DNA of 64,000 nucleotides from Giardia intestinalis (Eukaryota): NCBI GenBank assembly GCA_000002435.2, contig CM018792.1; one strand, 5' to 3'. Shown piece by piece: positions 20,393 to 31,670 of this stretch (position 1 is its first letter; each line of letters starts with the position of its first letter). The notes under the pieces were generated by a model. It saw only the letters and a program-made list of their open reading frames with translations, ran no database searches and was not told where the DNA came from. The position numbers and the translations under genes were made by a program.

Positions 20393-22150
20393 TCACGCCT
20401 TCCCCCTACACACGAACCACCAGCAGAGGAAGCCCACGAGGCCCCCCACGACAGCGACCACAGCGACGGAGATCCCCGCGATGGCCCCCGTGGAGAGCCC
20501 GCTCCTGTTGGCGCCAGAGGACACACACTTACCATTGTCTAGACTGAAGCCACTGTTGCACTCCCCACACACACCGTCCATCACACAGCTCTTGCAGTTG
20601 GTGTCAGAGCATACTACACACCCACTGCCATCCTTGTTGGGCTTTTTATCACTGTCACAGGAGGTGCACACAGCGGGGGTCATACCACCATCAGACAGAC
20701 CTGCTGGGGCTGTACATGCTGAACAGCCATCTATTCCCACATATGCCTTAGCAGCACTATCAGTGCCTGTTGATGTGCCTAGGGGGTTACTACATGCCAA
20801 CACGGACTGCTGAGCATTGGTTGCCCCCGGAACCAGGAAGTATCTATTGTTGGCTGCTTCTGTACAGACACCCTCCTTACTTGATGTCTTGCACATGAGG
20901 CTACCTGGTTCTGTATTAACCTTGTAACAACCATTCATATACATAAAGTACCCTGTAGTACAAGACTCACAGACATGGTTGTTACAAGTATTACTTTGAG
21001 CCTCACTAGCACAGAGACCATCTATAGGATACTTACTGCTATCCCCACAATAGGAACAGTAATGATGCTCTACTCCATCATTGTCGATCACTATAGCATC
21101 GCAGGCCCCTGCTGTCCCACCACACGCAGTATCATCTTCACAGGCCTTTGTACATGTGACCCCAGTTGAAGGTTCTCCACTGGGTCTGTAGTTCACCTTG
21201 CATTTTGTGCACTTAAATGTGCCACTATTTGTGCACTCGGCACACCCCTCGATGCCACCTTTGGTTGTGTCACTACATGAGATGCACTCACCAGAGGAGC
21301 TATCCTTCAAGAAGTACCCTTGCTTACATGTCAGGCACTTACTCGGATCTTCCTTCTTGGAGCATGTCGCACAGCCTGGAGCGCACGGATCGCATGTAAA
21401 GCCCCCGCTTCTGTTCTCGATGTATCCCTCCAGGCATTCTGTGCAGGCTGGATTGGCACTCGCTGTCTTCGTGCAAGCCTTACAGCCAGCAATGCCTTTG
21501 TTCTTTTGTTCTGAATCCGACGCTGCGGGATCACTGCACAAACGACACACGTTGTCCTCGGTCATAAAGAGACCGTTATCAGCTCCTTGACACCCGGCGT
21601 AGTTCTTCGCCACGCAGGTCGAGGTTCCATCAAGGGTCGTCCTGGGGATCTTGGTTCCATCATCGCCACACTTACTGCACTTCGGCTTCTTGGTAGTCGA
21701 ATCAACTTCACACTGGGTACAGCTGGGATCTATCGTACTACATTCCTTGCACGTTCTGGTAGCTTCGTCAGTATAGTGTGTGCCTGTGCATGAGCCAGCT
21801 ACGACACAATCAGTCCCCTTCAGGTACTTCCCCGCTACGCAGAGGGTGCATGCATTCTGACCGGTTCCACTACACGTCTCGCAGTCGGTATGACATTTGA
21901 CACATGCACCGTTACCATCTTTATAGTACCCTGCTTGACACTCTGTACACGTGGCAGCTCCTGGACTACCACTTGGTTCCGTGCACTTGAGGCAGTTAGC
22001 CACTCCTTTGTTCTCATTCGCTCCCGTGGCATCATGGCACAGGATGCACTCCCCACCAGGGGTCACCTTCTCTGCCCTGTTCTGGAATATGTACTGGTTA
22101 TCTGTCTTACAAGCAGTGCACACTCCATCCTTGGCTGCTGTGCATATCAT
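20393..22150 (-). CDS. VSP cassette U10 (family D), 5'-truncated
   Basis: 585 aa. ...HDATGANENKGVANCLKCTEPSGSPGAATCTECQAGYYKDGNGACVKCHTDCETC.... CRGKA tail. 59-nt spacer. Confidence 0.8.
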   Translation of the reverse strand: MICTAAKDGVCTACKTDNQYIFQNRAEKVTPGGECILCHDATGANENKGVANCLKCTEPSGSPGAATCTECQAGYYKDGNGACVKCHTDCETCSGTGQNACTLCVAGKYLKGTDCVVAGSCTGTHYTDEATRTCKECSTIDPSCTQCEVDSTTKKPKCSKCGDDGTKIPRTTLDGTSTCVAKNYAGCQGADNGLFMTEDNVCRLCSDPAASDSEQKNKGIAGCKACTKTASANPACTECLEGYIENRSGGFTCDPCAPGCATCSKKEDPSKCLTCKQGYFLKDSSSGECISCSDTTKGGIEGCAECTNSGTFKCTKCKVNYRPSGEPSTGVTCTKACEDDTACGGTAGACDAIVIDNDGVEHHYCSYCGDSSKYPIDGLCASEAQSNTCNNHVCESCTTGYFMYMNGCYKVNTEPGSLMCKTSSKEGVCTEAANNRYFLVPGATNAQQSVLACSNPLGTSTGTDSAAKAYVGIDGCSACTAPAGLSDGGMTPAVCTSCDSDKKPNKDGSGCVVCSDTNCKSCVMDGVCGECNSGFSLDNGKCVSSGANRSGLSTGAIAGISVAVVAVVGGLVGFLCWWFVCRGKA

Positions 22151-22209
22151 ACTCCACTATCACCCTCTATCACACACTATCACACACTGTACAGCATTCA
22201 CTACCTAAG

Positions 22210-23902
22210 TCACGCCTTCCCCCTACACACGAACCACCAGCAGAGGAAGCCCACGAGGCCCCCCACGACAGCGACCACGGCGACGGCAATGCCCGCGATG
22301 GCCCCCGTGCGGAGGCCGCTCCTATTACTGCCAGAGGACACACACTTATCACCCTCTATGCTGTATCCATCGCTGCACTCCCCACACACATCATCCATCA
22401 CACAGCTCTTGCAGTGGTGTCAGAGCATACTACACACCCACTGCCATCCTTGTTGGGCTTTTATCACTGTCACAGGAGGTACACACAGCAGCAGCCATAC
22501 CACCCTCAGTCAGAGCTGTTGGGGCTGTGCACTGTGAGCAGCCATCCACCCCCACGTATGCCTTAGCAGTACCTTGAGGGTCTACTAGTGTGCCTAGGGG
22601 GTTGCCACAGGCTAGTACAGACTGATCAGTAGCCTTTGCTTCTGGGACTACGAAGTACCTATCATTGGCATTGGGAGTAGTACAGACACCAGCTGTTGTT
22701 GCTTCGGAGCACATGAGGCTACCAGGCACCTCTGTTGCTTTATAACAGCCACCCATATAGAGGAAGTAGTTGTTGGTGCACCGCGTACATACACCATCGG
22801 CGCAGGTATTACCTGCAAGTGCATTGGTGCACTTCCCATTAATGGGGCCATAGCCGGCGCCAACACACTTTGAACAGTAAGAGAGCATGCTGCCGTCGTT
22901 GCCGACCACGATGGCGTCGCAGGCCCCTGCTGTCCCCCCGCATGCAGTCTCATCTTCACAGGTCTTTGTACACGTATAGTCATCCCCTGCATCTCCATTA
23001 AGCTGTTTCTTATAGTTAGGCTTACAGTCAGTACATTTGAATCCACCACTGTTAGAGCATGCACTGCACCCATCGCGGCCACCATTTGCTGTATCACTAC
23101 ATGAGATGCACTCACCAGAGGAGCTATCCTTCAAGAAGTACCCTTGCTTGCAGGTCGTGCATTGGTCTTTTGTATCCTTAGCACAGGTGGCACAGTTCTC
23201 ACCACAGGCTGTGCATGTAGCGGTATTACCACTTGCACTATTGTAATATCCATCGAGGCACTTTGTACATGTAGTTTTAGAGGAGCAGGTATCACAACCT
23301 AGAATCCCACCATTTTTAGTATCACCACATGGAACACAAGCTTTTGGAGATTGTTCAAGGAAGTGCGTATTGCCACTTGTGCACTCTGCCTCCGCAACAC
23401 ACGTCGCTGACCCATCGGGGTTCACCTTAAGAAGCAGGTTTCCTCCACTATTACACCCAGTGCACACAGGCTTCTGAAGAGTGTCGCTGTATGCACACGT
23501 AGCACATTCATTGACACTTGTGTCCGTGCAGGCCTTGCATTGGCCTGTTTTTGGGTCTGCATACTTACCATTGTCACATTGATTAGCATCCACACACTTG
23601 TCAGCCTTCAGGAACTTCCCCTCAACGCAGGCGGTACACTGAGTCGGAGTATCAGCTGAGCAGGCAGAGCAGCCCTCTCCGCACTTCACACATGCACTGT
23701 CCTTCTTAACGAACCCATCTTGACAGGCAGTACATGTGACAGGTCCTGCACTCTGTGGTGCCTGACACTGTGCGCAGTTAGCCACCCCCGTATATCCATC
23801 TGCTCCCTTGATATCATGACAGAGGATGCACTCACTACCCTTCTCTGGTGTTGCAGCAGGGTTCTTGAACAGGCCGTTATCTGCCTTACAAGTAGTGCAC
23901 AC
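22210..23902 (-). pseudogene. VSP cassette U11 (family C body), frameshifted at the junction with the C-terminal module
   Basis: The 490-aa ORF (22430-23902) ends ...CTSCDSDKSPTRMAVGV. A separate 63-aa ORF (22210-22401) carries ...[16 protein letters not shown]. The two pieces are in different frames. Confidence 0.75.
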
Positions 23903-24024
23903 TCCTCCCTCAGCCTTTGTACATATCTCACTCCACTATCATACTATCACACACTATCACCCATTATCACCCTCTATCACACATTATCACCCATTATCAT
24001 CACTCATAGCATTCACTACCTAAG

Positions 24025-25986
24025 TCACGCCTTCCCTCTACACACGAACCACCAGCAGAGGAAGCCGACGAGGCCCCCCACGACGGCGACCACAGCCACG
24101 GAGATCCCCGCGATGGCCCCCGCGGAGAGCCCGCTCCTGTTGGCGCCAGAGGACACGCACCTGCCACCCTCTAGTCTGTACCCATCACTGCACTGGCCGC
24201 ACTTGTTCTCCTCGCTGCACCTGACGCACCCGTCGATACTGCAGGCGATGCACTGGGAGCCGTCCAGGCTGGGCCTCTGGTCTTTACTGGTACAGCCCTC
24301 GCACTTATCGCCTGCTCCACAGTGCGAACATCCACTAACGGTACATGCGAAGCACCCGCTCCCAGCCAGGTTGGGCTTGTTGTTGCCGCTACACGCTGTG
24401 CACGTGGCGGGGGCCATGCCAGGAGCCTCTAGCTGTGTCGGGGCTGTACATGCTGAGCAGCCATCTACTCCCACATATGCCTTAGCAGTATCACCAGTGC
24501 CTGTCAGTGTGCCTAGGGGGTTGCTACAAGCCAACACAGACTGATCAGTGTTGGATGCACCAGGCACTACGAAGTACCTATTGTTGGCTGCTTCTGTGCA
24601 GATCCCAGTATTACCTGCTGTCTTGCACATGAAGCTACCAGGAGCCTTCTGAGTGCTATAACAGCCACCCATGTATAGGAAGTAGTTGTTGGTGCACTGT
24701 GTACATACACCATTAGCACAAGTATTCCCAGCCTTTTGAGCCTCACTAGCACAGAGACCATCTATAGGAGCTTGTGAACTATCTCCACAATAGGAACAGT
24801 AGTGCTTTGTGGTGCCCTGATCATCTATTACGATGGCATCACAAGAGCCAGCTGTCCCCCCACAAGCCGTGGGGTCCTCGCAGGTCTTCTCTGTGCATGT
24901 ATAGTTGTCTGAGGTTCCAGCGGGCTTCCTGTTAGGCTTGCACTTTGTGCACTTGAGAGGTCCTGTAGACTCCTTTGTGCACTCGGCACACCCATCGATG
25001 CCCCCCTGTGCATTATCACAAGCAACGCACTCACCAGTAGGACCATTGCCTTTCATGAAGAATCCAGGCTTGCATTTAGTGCACTTATCATTGCCAGCTT
25101 GAGTGCAGGTGGCACAGTTGGCACCACAGGCTTCACATGTAACCGTACCACCATTTCCACTATTGTAATATCCGTCGAGGCACTCCGAGCAGGTCGGCTT
25201 GGCTCCGTTCTTCTTACATGTTTTACACCCAGGCGTCCCTTTATTAGCTTCTAAACTTTCACTATCATCACTACACAATATGCACTTGGTGCTACCATCA
25301 TTTAGAAAGTGGGATCCGTCAACGTTACTTGTTGCGCACCCATTTGCATCGACACAGGTTGTCGTGCCATCGATGGCCGTCTTCACCATCTTCTGACCAC
25401 CGCAGTTAGTGCACTTCGGCTTCTTGGTAGTCGAATCAACCTCACACTGGGTACATGCTTGATCTATCGTGTTGCAAGGAAGGCACTTCCCCGACTCCGG
25501 GTCAGCATAAGTGTTTCCAGTGCATCCATTATTATTCACGCATGACTTGTCAGTCTTCAGGTACTTCCCCTCTGGACACGATGTGCAATGATTCGGACCA
25601 CTTCCATCGCAGGTCAGACAGGACTGATCACACTTCTCACATGCATCACCCTTCTTAATGTATCCATCTTGGCAGACAGTGCATGTGGCCGGTCCGCTAG
25701 TGCCCGTGTGGGAGCATTCTGAGCATCCAGCGACTCCCATGACCCCGTTTCTATCTATAGTATCGGAGCACAAGATGCACTCACTACCCTTCTCTGATGG
25801 TGTAACTGGGTTCTTGAACAGGCCGTTAGCTGTATTACAAGCAGTGCACAGTCCTCCCTCAGCCTTTGTGCATATCTCACTGCCAGGGTGTGCATCCTTG
25901 TTGTAGCACCCGCCCATGAAGAGGAGTCTCATACTATCACTATCACCCCCACACCACATAGCACTATCACTATCACTGTACAGCAT
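24025..25986 (-). CDS. VSP cassette U12 (family E body + B tail); retains ~50 extra nt upstream (GGCYNKDAHPGSEICTKAEGG)
   Basis: 653-aa ORF. Its first ~17 residues (LYSDSDSAMWCGGDSDS) are read-through of the GTGATAGTGATAGT spacer. The true cassette begins near ...LLFMGGCYNKDAHPGSEICTKAEGGLCTAC. Confidence 0.75.
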   Translation of the reverse strand: MLYSDSDSAMWCGGDSDSMRLLFMGGCYNKDAHPGSEICTKAEGGLCTACNTANGLFKNPVTPSEKGSECILCSDTIDRNGVMGVAGCSECSHTGTSGPATCTVCQDGYIKKGDACEKCDQSCLTCDGSGPNHCTSCPEGKYLKTDKSCVNNNGCTGNTYADPESGKCLPCNTIDQACTQCEVDSTTKKPKCTNCGGQKMVKTAIDGTTTCVDANGCATSNVDGSHFLNDGSTKCILCSDDSESLEANKGTPGCKTCKKNGAKPTCSECLDGYYNSGNGGTVTCEACGANCATCTQAGNDKCTKCKPGFFMKGNGPTGECVACDNAQGGIDGCAECTKESTGPLKCTKCKPNRKPAGTSDNYTCTEKTCEDPTACGGTAGSCDAIVIDDQGTTKHYCSYCGDSSQAPIDGLCASEAQKAGNTCANGVCTQCTNNYFLYMGGCYSTQKAPGSFMCKTAGNTGICTEAANNRYFVVPGASNTDQSVLACSNPLGTLTGTGDTAKAYVGVDGCSACTAPTQLEAPGMAPATCTACSGNNKPNLAGSGCFACTVSGCSHCGAGDKCEGCTSKDQRPSLDGSQCIACSIDGCVRCSEENKCGQCSDGYRLEGGRCVSSGANRSGLSAGAIAGISVAVVAVVGGLVGFLCWWFVCRGKA

Positions 25987-25998
25987 TCACTACCTAAG

Positions 25999-27667
25999 TC
26001 ACGCCTTCCCCCTGCACAGGAACCACCAGCAGAGGAAGCCCACGAGGCCCCCCACGACAGCGACCACAGCCACGGAGATCCCCGCGATGGCCCCCGTGCT
26101 GAGGCCGCTCCTATTACTGCCAGAGGACACACAGGAGGCCCCAGCATCATCAGGGCTGTACCCATCGTTGCACACACAGACAGAGTTATCATCAGTGGAG
26201 TTGCTGGGACAGCCATCCACGCATGACTTCCTCCCAGGGCTCACCTTCCCACTACTACATGCCTCGCACATGTCATCCCTGTTGGGCTTCTTACCACTGT
26301 CACAGGAGTACAGACAGCGGGGCCATACCACCATCAGATGGAGCTGCTGGGGCTGTACACTGGGAGCAGCCCTCTACCCCGACGTATGCCTTAGTATCTA
26401 CTAGTGTGCCTAATGGGTTGCCACAGGCCAGGACAGACTGATCAGTGTTGGATGCACCAGGGACTACGAAGTACTTATTATTCTCATTGGCAGCTGTACA
26501 CTTACCATCGGCTGCTGTCTTGCACATGAGGCTTCCTGGTTCTGTATCATACTTATAACACCCACCCATGTACAAGAAGTAGTTGTTAGTGCATTGTGTA
26601 CATACACCTTGATCACATTGATTATTTGCTTTAGCACTATTACACTTCCCATCTATAGGATACGTATTAGCTTCTCCACAGTATGAGCAATAATGATGCT
26701 CTACACCCTTATCATCAATCACTATTGCATCGCAGGCACCAGAGGTACCACCACAAGCCGTGGGGTCTTCACATGTCTTCACACATGTATAGTCATCCCC
26801 CGCATCTCCATTGGATTGCTTCCTGTAGTTAGGCTTACATTCAGTGCACTTGAACCCATTATTGTTAGAACATAGACTACAGCCTTCACGGCCACCATCT
26901 GTTGTACTGTCACAAGCAACGCACTCACCAGTAGAGCCGGGTTGTTTCATGAAGAATCCAGGCTTGCATTTAGTGCACTTATCATTGCCAGCTTGAGTGC
27001 AGGTGGCACAGTTGGCACCACAGGCTTCACATGTAACCGTACCACCATTTCCACTATTGTAATATCCGTCGAGGCACTCCGAGCAGGTCGGCTTGGCTCC
27101 GTTCTTCTTACATGTTTTACACCCAGGCGTCCCTTTATTAGCTTCTAAACTTTCACTATCATCACTACACAATATGCACTTGGTGCTACCATCATTTAGA
27201 AAGTGGGATCCGTCAACGTTACTTGTTGCGCACCCATTTGCATCGACACAGGTTGTCGTGCCATCGATGGCCGTCTTCACCATCTTCTGACCACCGCAGT
27301 TAGTGCACTTCGGCTTCTTGGTAGTCGAATCAACCTCACACTGGGTACATGCTTGATCTATCGTGTTGCAAGGAAGGCACTTCCCCGACTCCGGGTCAGC
27401 ATAAGTGTTTCCAGTGCATCCATTATTATTCACGCATGACTTGTCAGTCTTCAGGTACTTCCCCTCTGGACACGATGTGCAATGATTCGGACCACTTCCA
27501 TCGCAGGTCAGACAGGACGGATCACACTTCTCACATGCATCACCCTTCTTAATGTATCCATCTTGGCAGACAGTGCATGTGGCCGGTCCGCTAGTGCCCG
27601 TGTGGGAGCATTCTGAGCATCCAGCGACTCCCATGACCCCGTTTCTATCTATAGTATCGGAGCACAA
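25999..27667 (-). pseudogene. VSP cassette U13 (E/F family), frameshifted near the junction with the C-terminal module
   Basis: The body ORF 26300-27667 ends ...DGGMAPLSVLL. The tail ORF 25999-26334 carries ...CRGKA in another frame. Homology continues upstream to about 27770, where the frame is open from a spacer TAG. Confidence 0.7.
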
Positions 27668-27867
27668 GATGCACTCGCTACCCTTCTCTGATGGTGTAAC
27701 TGGGTTCTTGAACAGGCCGTTAGCTGTATTACAAGCAGTGCACAGTCCTCCCTCAGCCTTTGTACATATCTCACTCCACTATCATACTATCACACGCTAT
27801 CACCCATTATCACCCTCTATCACACATTATCACCCATTATCATCACTCATAGCATTCACTACCTAAG

Positions 27868-29648
27868 TCACGCCTTCCCTCTACACACGAACCACCAGCA
27901 GAGGAAGCCCACGAGGCCCCCCACGACAGCGACCACAGCCACGGAGATCCCCGCGATGGCCCCCGTGCTGAGGCCGCTCCTATTACTGCCAGAGGACACA
28001 CAGGAGGCCCCAGCATCATCAGGGCTGTACCCATCGTTGCACACACAGACAGAGTTATCATCAGTGGAGTTGCTGGGACAGCCATCCACGCATGACTTCC
28101 TCCCAGGGCTCACCTTCCCACTACTACATGCCTCGCACATGTCATCCCTGTTGGGCTTCTTACTACTGTCACAGGAGTACAGACAGCGGGGGCCATACCA
28201 CCATCAGACAGAGCTGCTGGGGCTGTACACTGGGAGCAGCCCTCTACCCCGACGTATGCCTTAGTATCTACTAGTGTGCCTAATGGGTTGCCACAGGCCA
28301 GGACAGACTGATCAGTGTTGGATGCACCAGGGACTACGAAGTACTTATTATTCTCATTGGCAGCTGTACACTTACCATCGGCTGCTGTCTTGCACATGAG
28401 GCTTCCTGGTTCTGTATCATACTTATAACACCCACCCATGTACAAGAAGTAGTTGTTAGTGCATTGTGTACATACACCTTGATCACATTGATTATTTGCT
28501 TTAGCACTATTACACTTCCCATCTATAGGATACGTATTAGCTTCTCCACAGTATGAGCAATAATGATGCTCTACACCCTTATCATCAATCACTATTGCAT
28601 CGCAGGCACCAGAGGTACCACCACAAGCCGTGGGGTCTTCACATGTCTTCACACATGTATAGTCATCCCCCGCATCTCCATTGGATTGCTTCCTGTAGTT
28701 AGGCTTACATTCAGTGCACTTGAACCCATTATTGTTAGAACATAGACTACAGCCTTCACGGCCACCATCTGTTGTACTGTCACAAGCAACGCACTCACCA
28801 GTAGAGCCGGGTTGTTTCATGAAGAATCCAGGCTTGCATTTAGTGCACTTATCATTGCCAGCTTGAGTGCAGGTGGCACAGTTGGCACCACAGGCTTCAC
28901 ATGTAACCGTACCACCATTTCCACTATTGTAATATCCGTCGAGGCACTCCGAGCAGGTCGGCTTGGCTCCGTTCTTCTTACATGTTTTACACCCAGGCGT
29001 CCCTTTATTAGCTTCTAAACTTTCACTATCATCACTACACAATATGCACTTGGTGCTACCATCATTTAGAAAGTGGGATCCGTCAACGTTACTTGTTGCG
29101 CACCCATTTGCATCGACACAGGTTGTCGTGCCATCGATGGCCGTCTTCACCATCTTCTGACCACCGCAGTTAGTGCACTTCGGCTTCTTGGTAGTCGAAT
29201 CAACCTCACACTGGGTACATGCTTGATCTATCGTGTTGCAAGGAAGGCACTTCCCCGACTCCGGGTCAGCATAAGTGTTTCCAGTGCATCCATTATTATT
29301 CACGCATGACTTGTCAGTCTTCAGGTACTTCCCCTCTGGACACGATGTACACTGATTCGGACCACTTCCATCGCAGGTCAGACAAGACTGATCACACTGC
29401 ATACATACCAGAGAGTCCTTGTAGTATCCATCTTGGCAGGTATCACACGTGGCAGCCCCTGGACTATTAGCTGGTGCCGTGCACTTGAGGCAATTAGCCA
29501 CTCCCTTGTTCTCATTCGCTCCCGTGGCATCATGGCACAGTATGCACTCCCCACCAGGGGTCACTGTCGTAGCCTTGTTCTGGAATATGTACTGGTTATC
29601 TACCTTACAAGCAGTGCACACTCCATCACTGGCTGCTGTGCATATCAC
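27868..29648 (-). pseudogene. VSP cassette U14 (family F), frameshifted near the junction with the C-terminal module
   Basis: The body ORF 28110-29648 ends ...GGMAPAVCTPVTVVRSPTGMTCARHVVVGR. The tail ORF 27868-28140 carries CRGKA in another frame. Confidence 0.7.
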
Positions 29649-29715
29649 ACTCCACTATCACACATTATCACACTATCACCTTCTATCACACATTGTACAG
29701 CATTCACTACCTAAG

Positions 29716-31548
29716 TCACGCCTTCCCCCTGCACACGAACCACCAGCAGAGGAAGCCCACGAGGCCCCCCACGACAGCGATGACAGCCACGGAGATCCCT
29801 GCTATGGCACCAGTACTGAGGCCGCTTCTGTTGCCCCCGCTGGGCTTGGTGGACACGCACGCCTCACCCTCCAGCCTGTAGTCGTCCCCACACTGGCCGC
29901 ACTTGTTCTCCTCGCTGCACCTGACGCACCCGTCGATACTGCAGGCGATGCACTGGGAGCCGTCCAGGCTGGGCCTCTGGTCTTTACTGGTACAGCCCTC
30001 GCACTTATCGCCTGCTCCACAGTGCGAACATCCACTAACGGTACATGCGAAGCACCCGCTCCCAGCCAGGTTGGGCTTGTTGTTGCCGCTACACGCTGTG
30101 CACGTGGCGGGGGCCATGCCAGGAGCCTCTAGCTGTGTCGGGGCTGTACATGCTGAGCAGCCATCTACTCCCACATATGCCTTAGCAGTATCACCAGTGC
30201 CTGTCAGTGTGCCTAGGGGGTTACTACAAGCCAACACAGACTGATCAGTGTTGGATGCACCAGGCACTACGAAGTACCTATTGTTGGCTGCTTCTGTGCA
30301 GATCCCAGTATTACCTGCTGTCTTGCACATGAAGCTACCAGGAGCCTTCTGAGTGCTATAACAGCCACCCATATATAAGAAATATCCTGTAGTACAAGAC
30401 TCACAGACATGGTTGTTACAAGTATTACTTTGAGCCTCACTAGCACAGAGACCATCTATAGGATACTTACTGCTATCCCCACAGTATGAACAGTAGTGCT
30501 TTGTGGTGCCCTGATCATCTATTATCATGGCATCGCAAGCTCCAGAGGTACCACCACAAGCTGTAGGATCCTCACAAGTCTTGGTACATGTGACAGAGCC
30601 AGGACTGCTATCGCTCTGCTTGCGATAGTTGGGCTTACAATCGGTGCACTTGAAAGTATTGCCATCATTCGAGCAGACACTGCATCCATCGATGCCACCT
30701 TTGGCTGTGTCACTACAAGGGACGCACTCCTTTGTTACACCCTCGGTTTTTAGGAAGTATCCCGGCATGCATTCAGTACATTTGTTAATGTCAGTTTCAG
30801 CAGTACACTTTGCACAGGTATCAGCGCATTTCTTCGTACAAGTATTAGTCTCAAGAAAACGACCCGATAGGCATTCAGAGCACGTTGTTTTGGTACCTGC
30901 CTCCTTGGTGCATTTGTTGCAATCGGCAACACCCTTGTTTGTATTCTCATTATTTCCACTAATATCACCACATAGATAACAGGCTGAGTCATCGTCTGCC
31001 TTGAAGTGATTCTCATCCACACATCCAGAGCTCATATCAACACAGGTTGTCGTTCCATCCAGCTCTGTCTTTACCTTCTTATTACCGCAGTCACTGCATA
31101 CCGGCTTCTGTAGCTTTGCATCGTACGTGCAAGCAGTGCACTCTGGTATGCCCCCCTGCTCTGCTGCACCGTTACAGGCTGTGCACTTGCCGGTGCTTGG
31201 GTCGGGGTACTGGTTATTATCGCAGGTTTTTGAGCACGACCCGTCTGACTTCAGATAGAAGCCCGCTTTACAAGATGAACACTGATTCTGACCGGCCCCG
31301 GTACATGTGGCACAGTTGTCATTACATTTGGTACATGCCTGAGAGTCCATGTAGTATCCATCTCTGCAGGTACTACACGTGGCAGGTCCTGTACTACTGT
31401 CTGACTTGGTACACTGTGCGCAGTTAGCCACCCCCGTATATCCATCTGCTCCATTGATATCGGAGCACAGTATGCACTCACTACCCTTCTCTGGTGTTGC
31501 AGCAGGGTTCTTGAACAGGCCGTTAGCTGTCTTACACTCAGTGCACAC
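29716..31548 (-). CDS. VSP cassette U15 (B N-terminal half + D/E middle + B-variant tail), 5'-truncated
   Basis: 610 aa. Identical to U2 up to ...GACDAMIIDD, then QGTTKHYCSYCGDSSKYPIDGLCASEAQSNTCNNHVCESC.... Tail CGQCGDDYRLEGEACVSTKPSGGNRSG..CRGKA. Confidence 0.8.
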   Translation of the reverse strand: MCTECKTANGLFKNPAATPEKGSECILCSDINGADGYTGVANCAQCTKSDSSTGPATCSTCRDGYYMDSQACTKCNDNCATCTGAGQNQCSSCKAGFYLKSDGSCSKTCDNNQYPDPSTGKCTACNGAAEQGGIPECTACTYDAKLQKPVCSDCGNKKVKTELDGTTTCVDMSSGCVDENHFKADDDSACYLCGDISGNNENTNKGVADCNKCTKEAGTKTTCSECLSGRFLETNTCTKKCADTCAKCTAETDINKCTECMPGYFLKTEGVTKECVPCSDTAKGGIDGCSVCSNDGNTFKCTDCKPNYRKQSDSSPGSVTCTKTCEDPTACGGTSGACDAMIIDDQGTTKHYCSYCGDSSKYPIDGLCASEAQSNTCNNHVCESCTTGYFLYMGGCYSTQKAPGSFMCKTAGNTGICTEAANNRYFVVPGASNTDQSVLACSNPLGTLTGTGDTAKAYVGVDGCSACTAPTQLEAPGMAPATCTACSGNNKPNLAGSGCFACTVSGCSHCGAGDKCEGCTSKDQRPSLDGSQCIACSIDGCVRCSEENKCGQCGDDYRLEGEACVSTKPSGGNRSGLSTGAIAGISVAVIAVVGGLVGFLCWWFVCRGKA

Positions 31549-31670
31549 TCCTCCCTCAGCCTTTGTACATATCTCACTCCACTATCATACTATCACACAC
31601 TATCACCCATTATCACCCTCTATCACACATTATCACCCATTATCATCACTCATAGCATTCACTACCTAAG

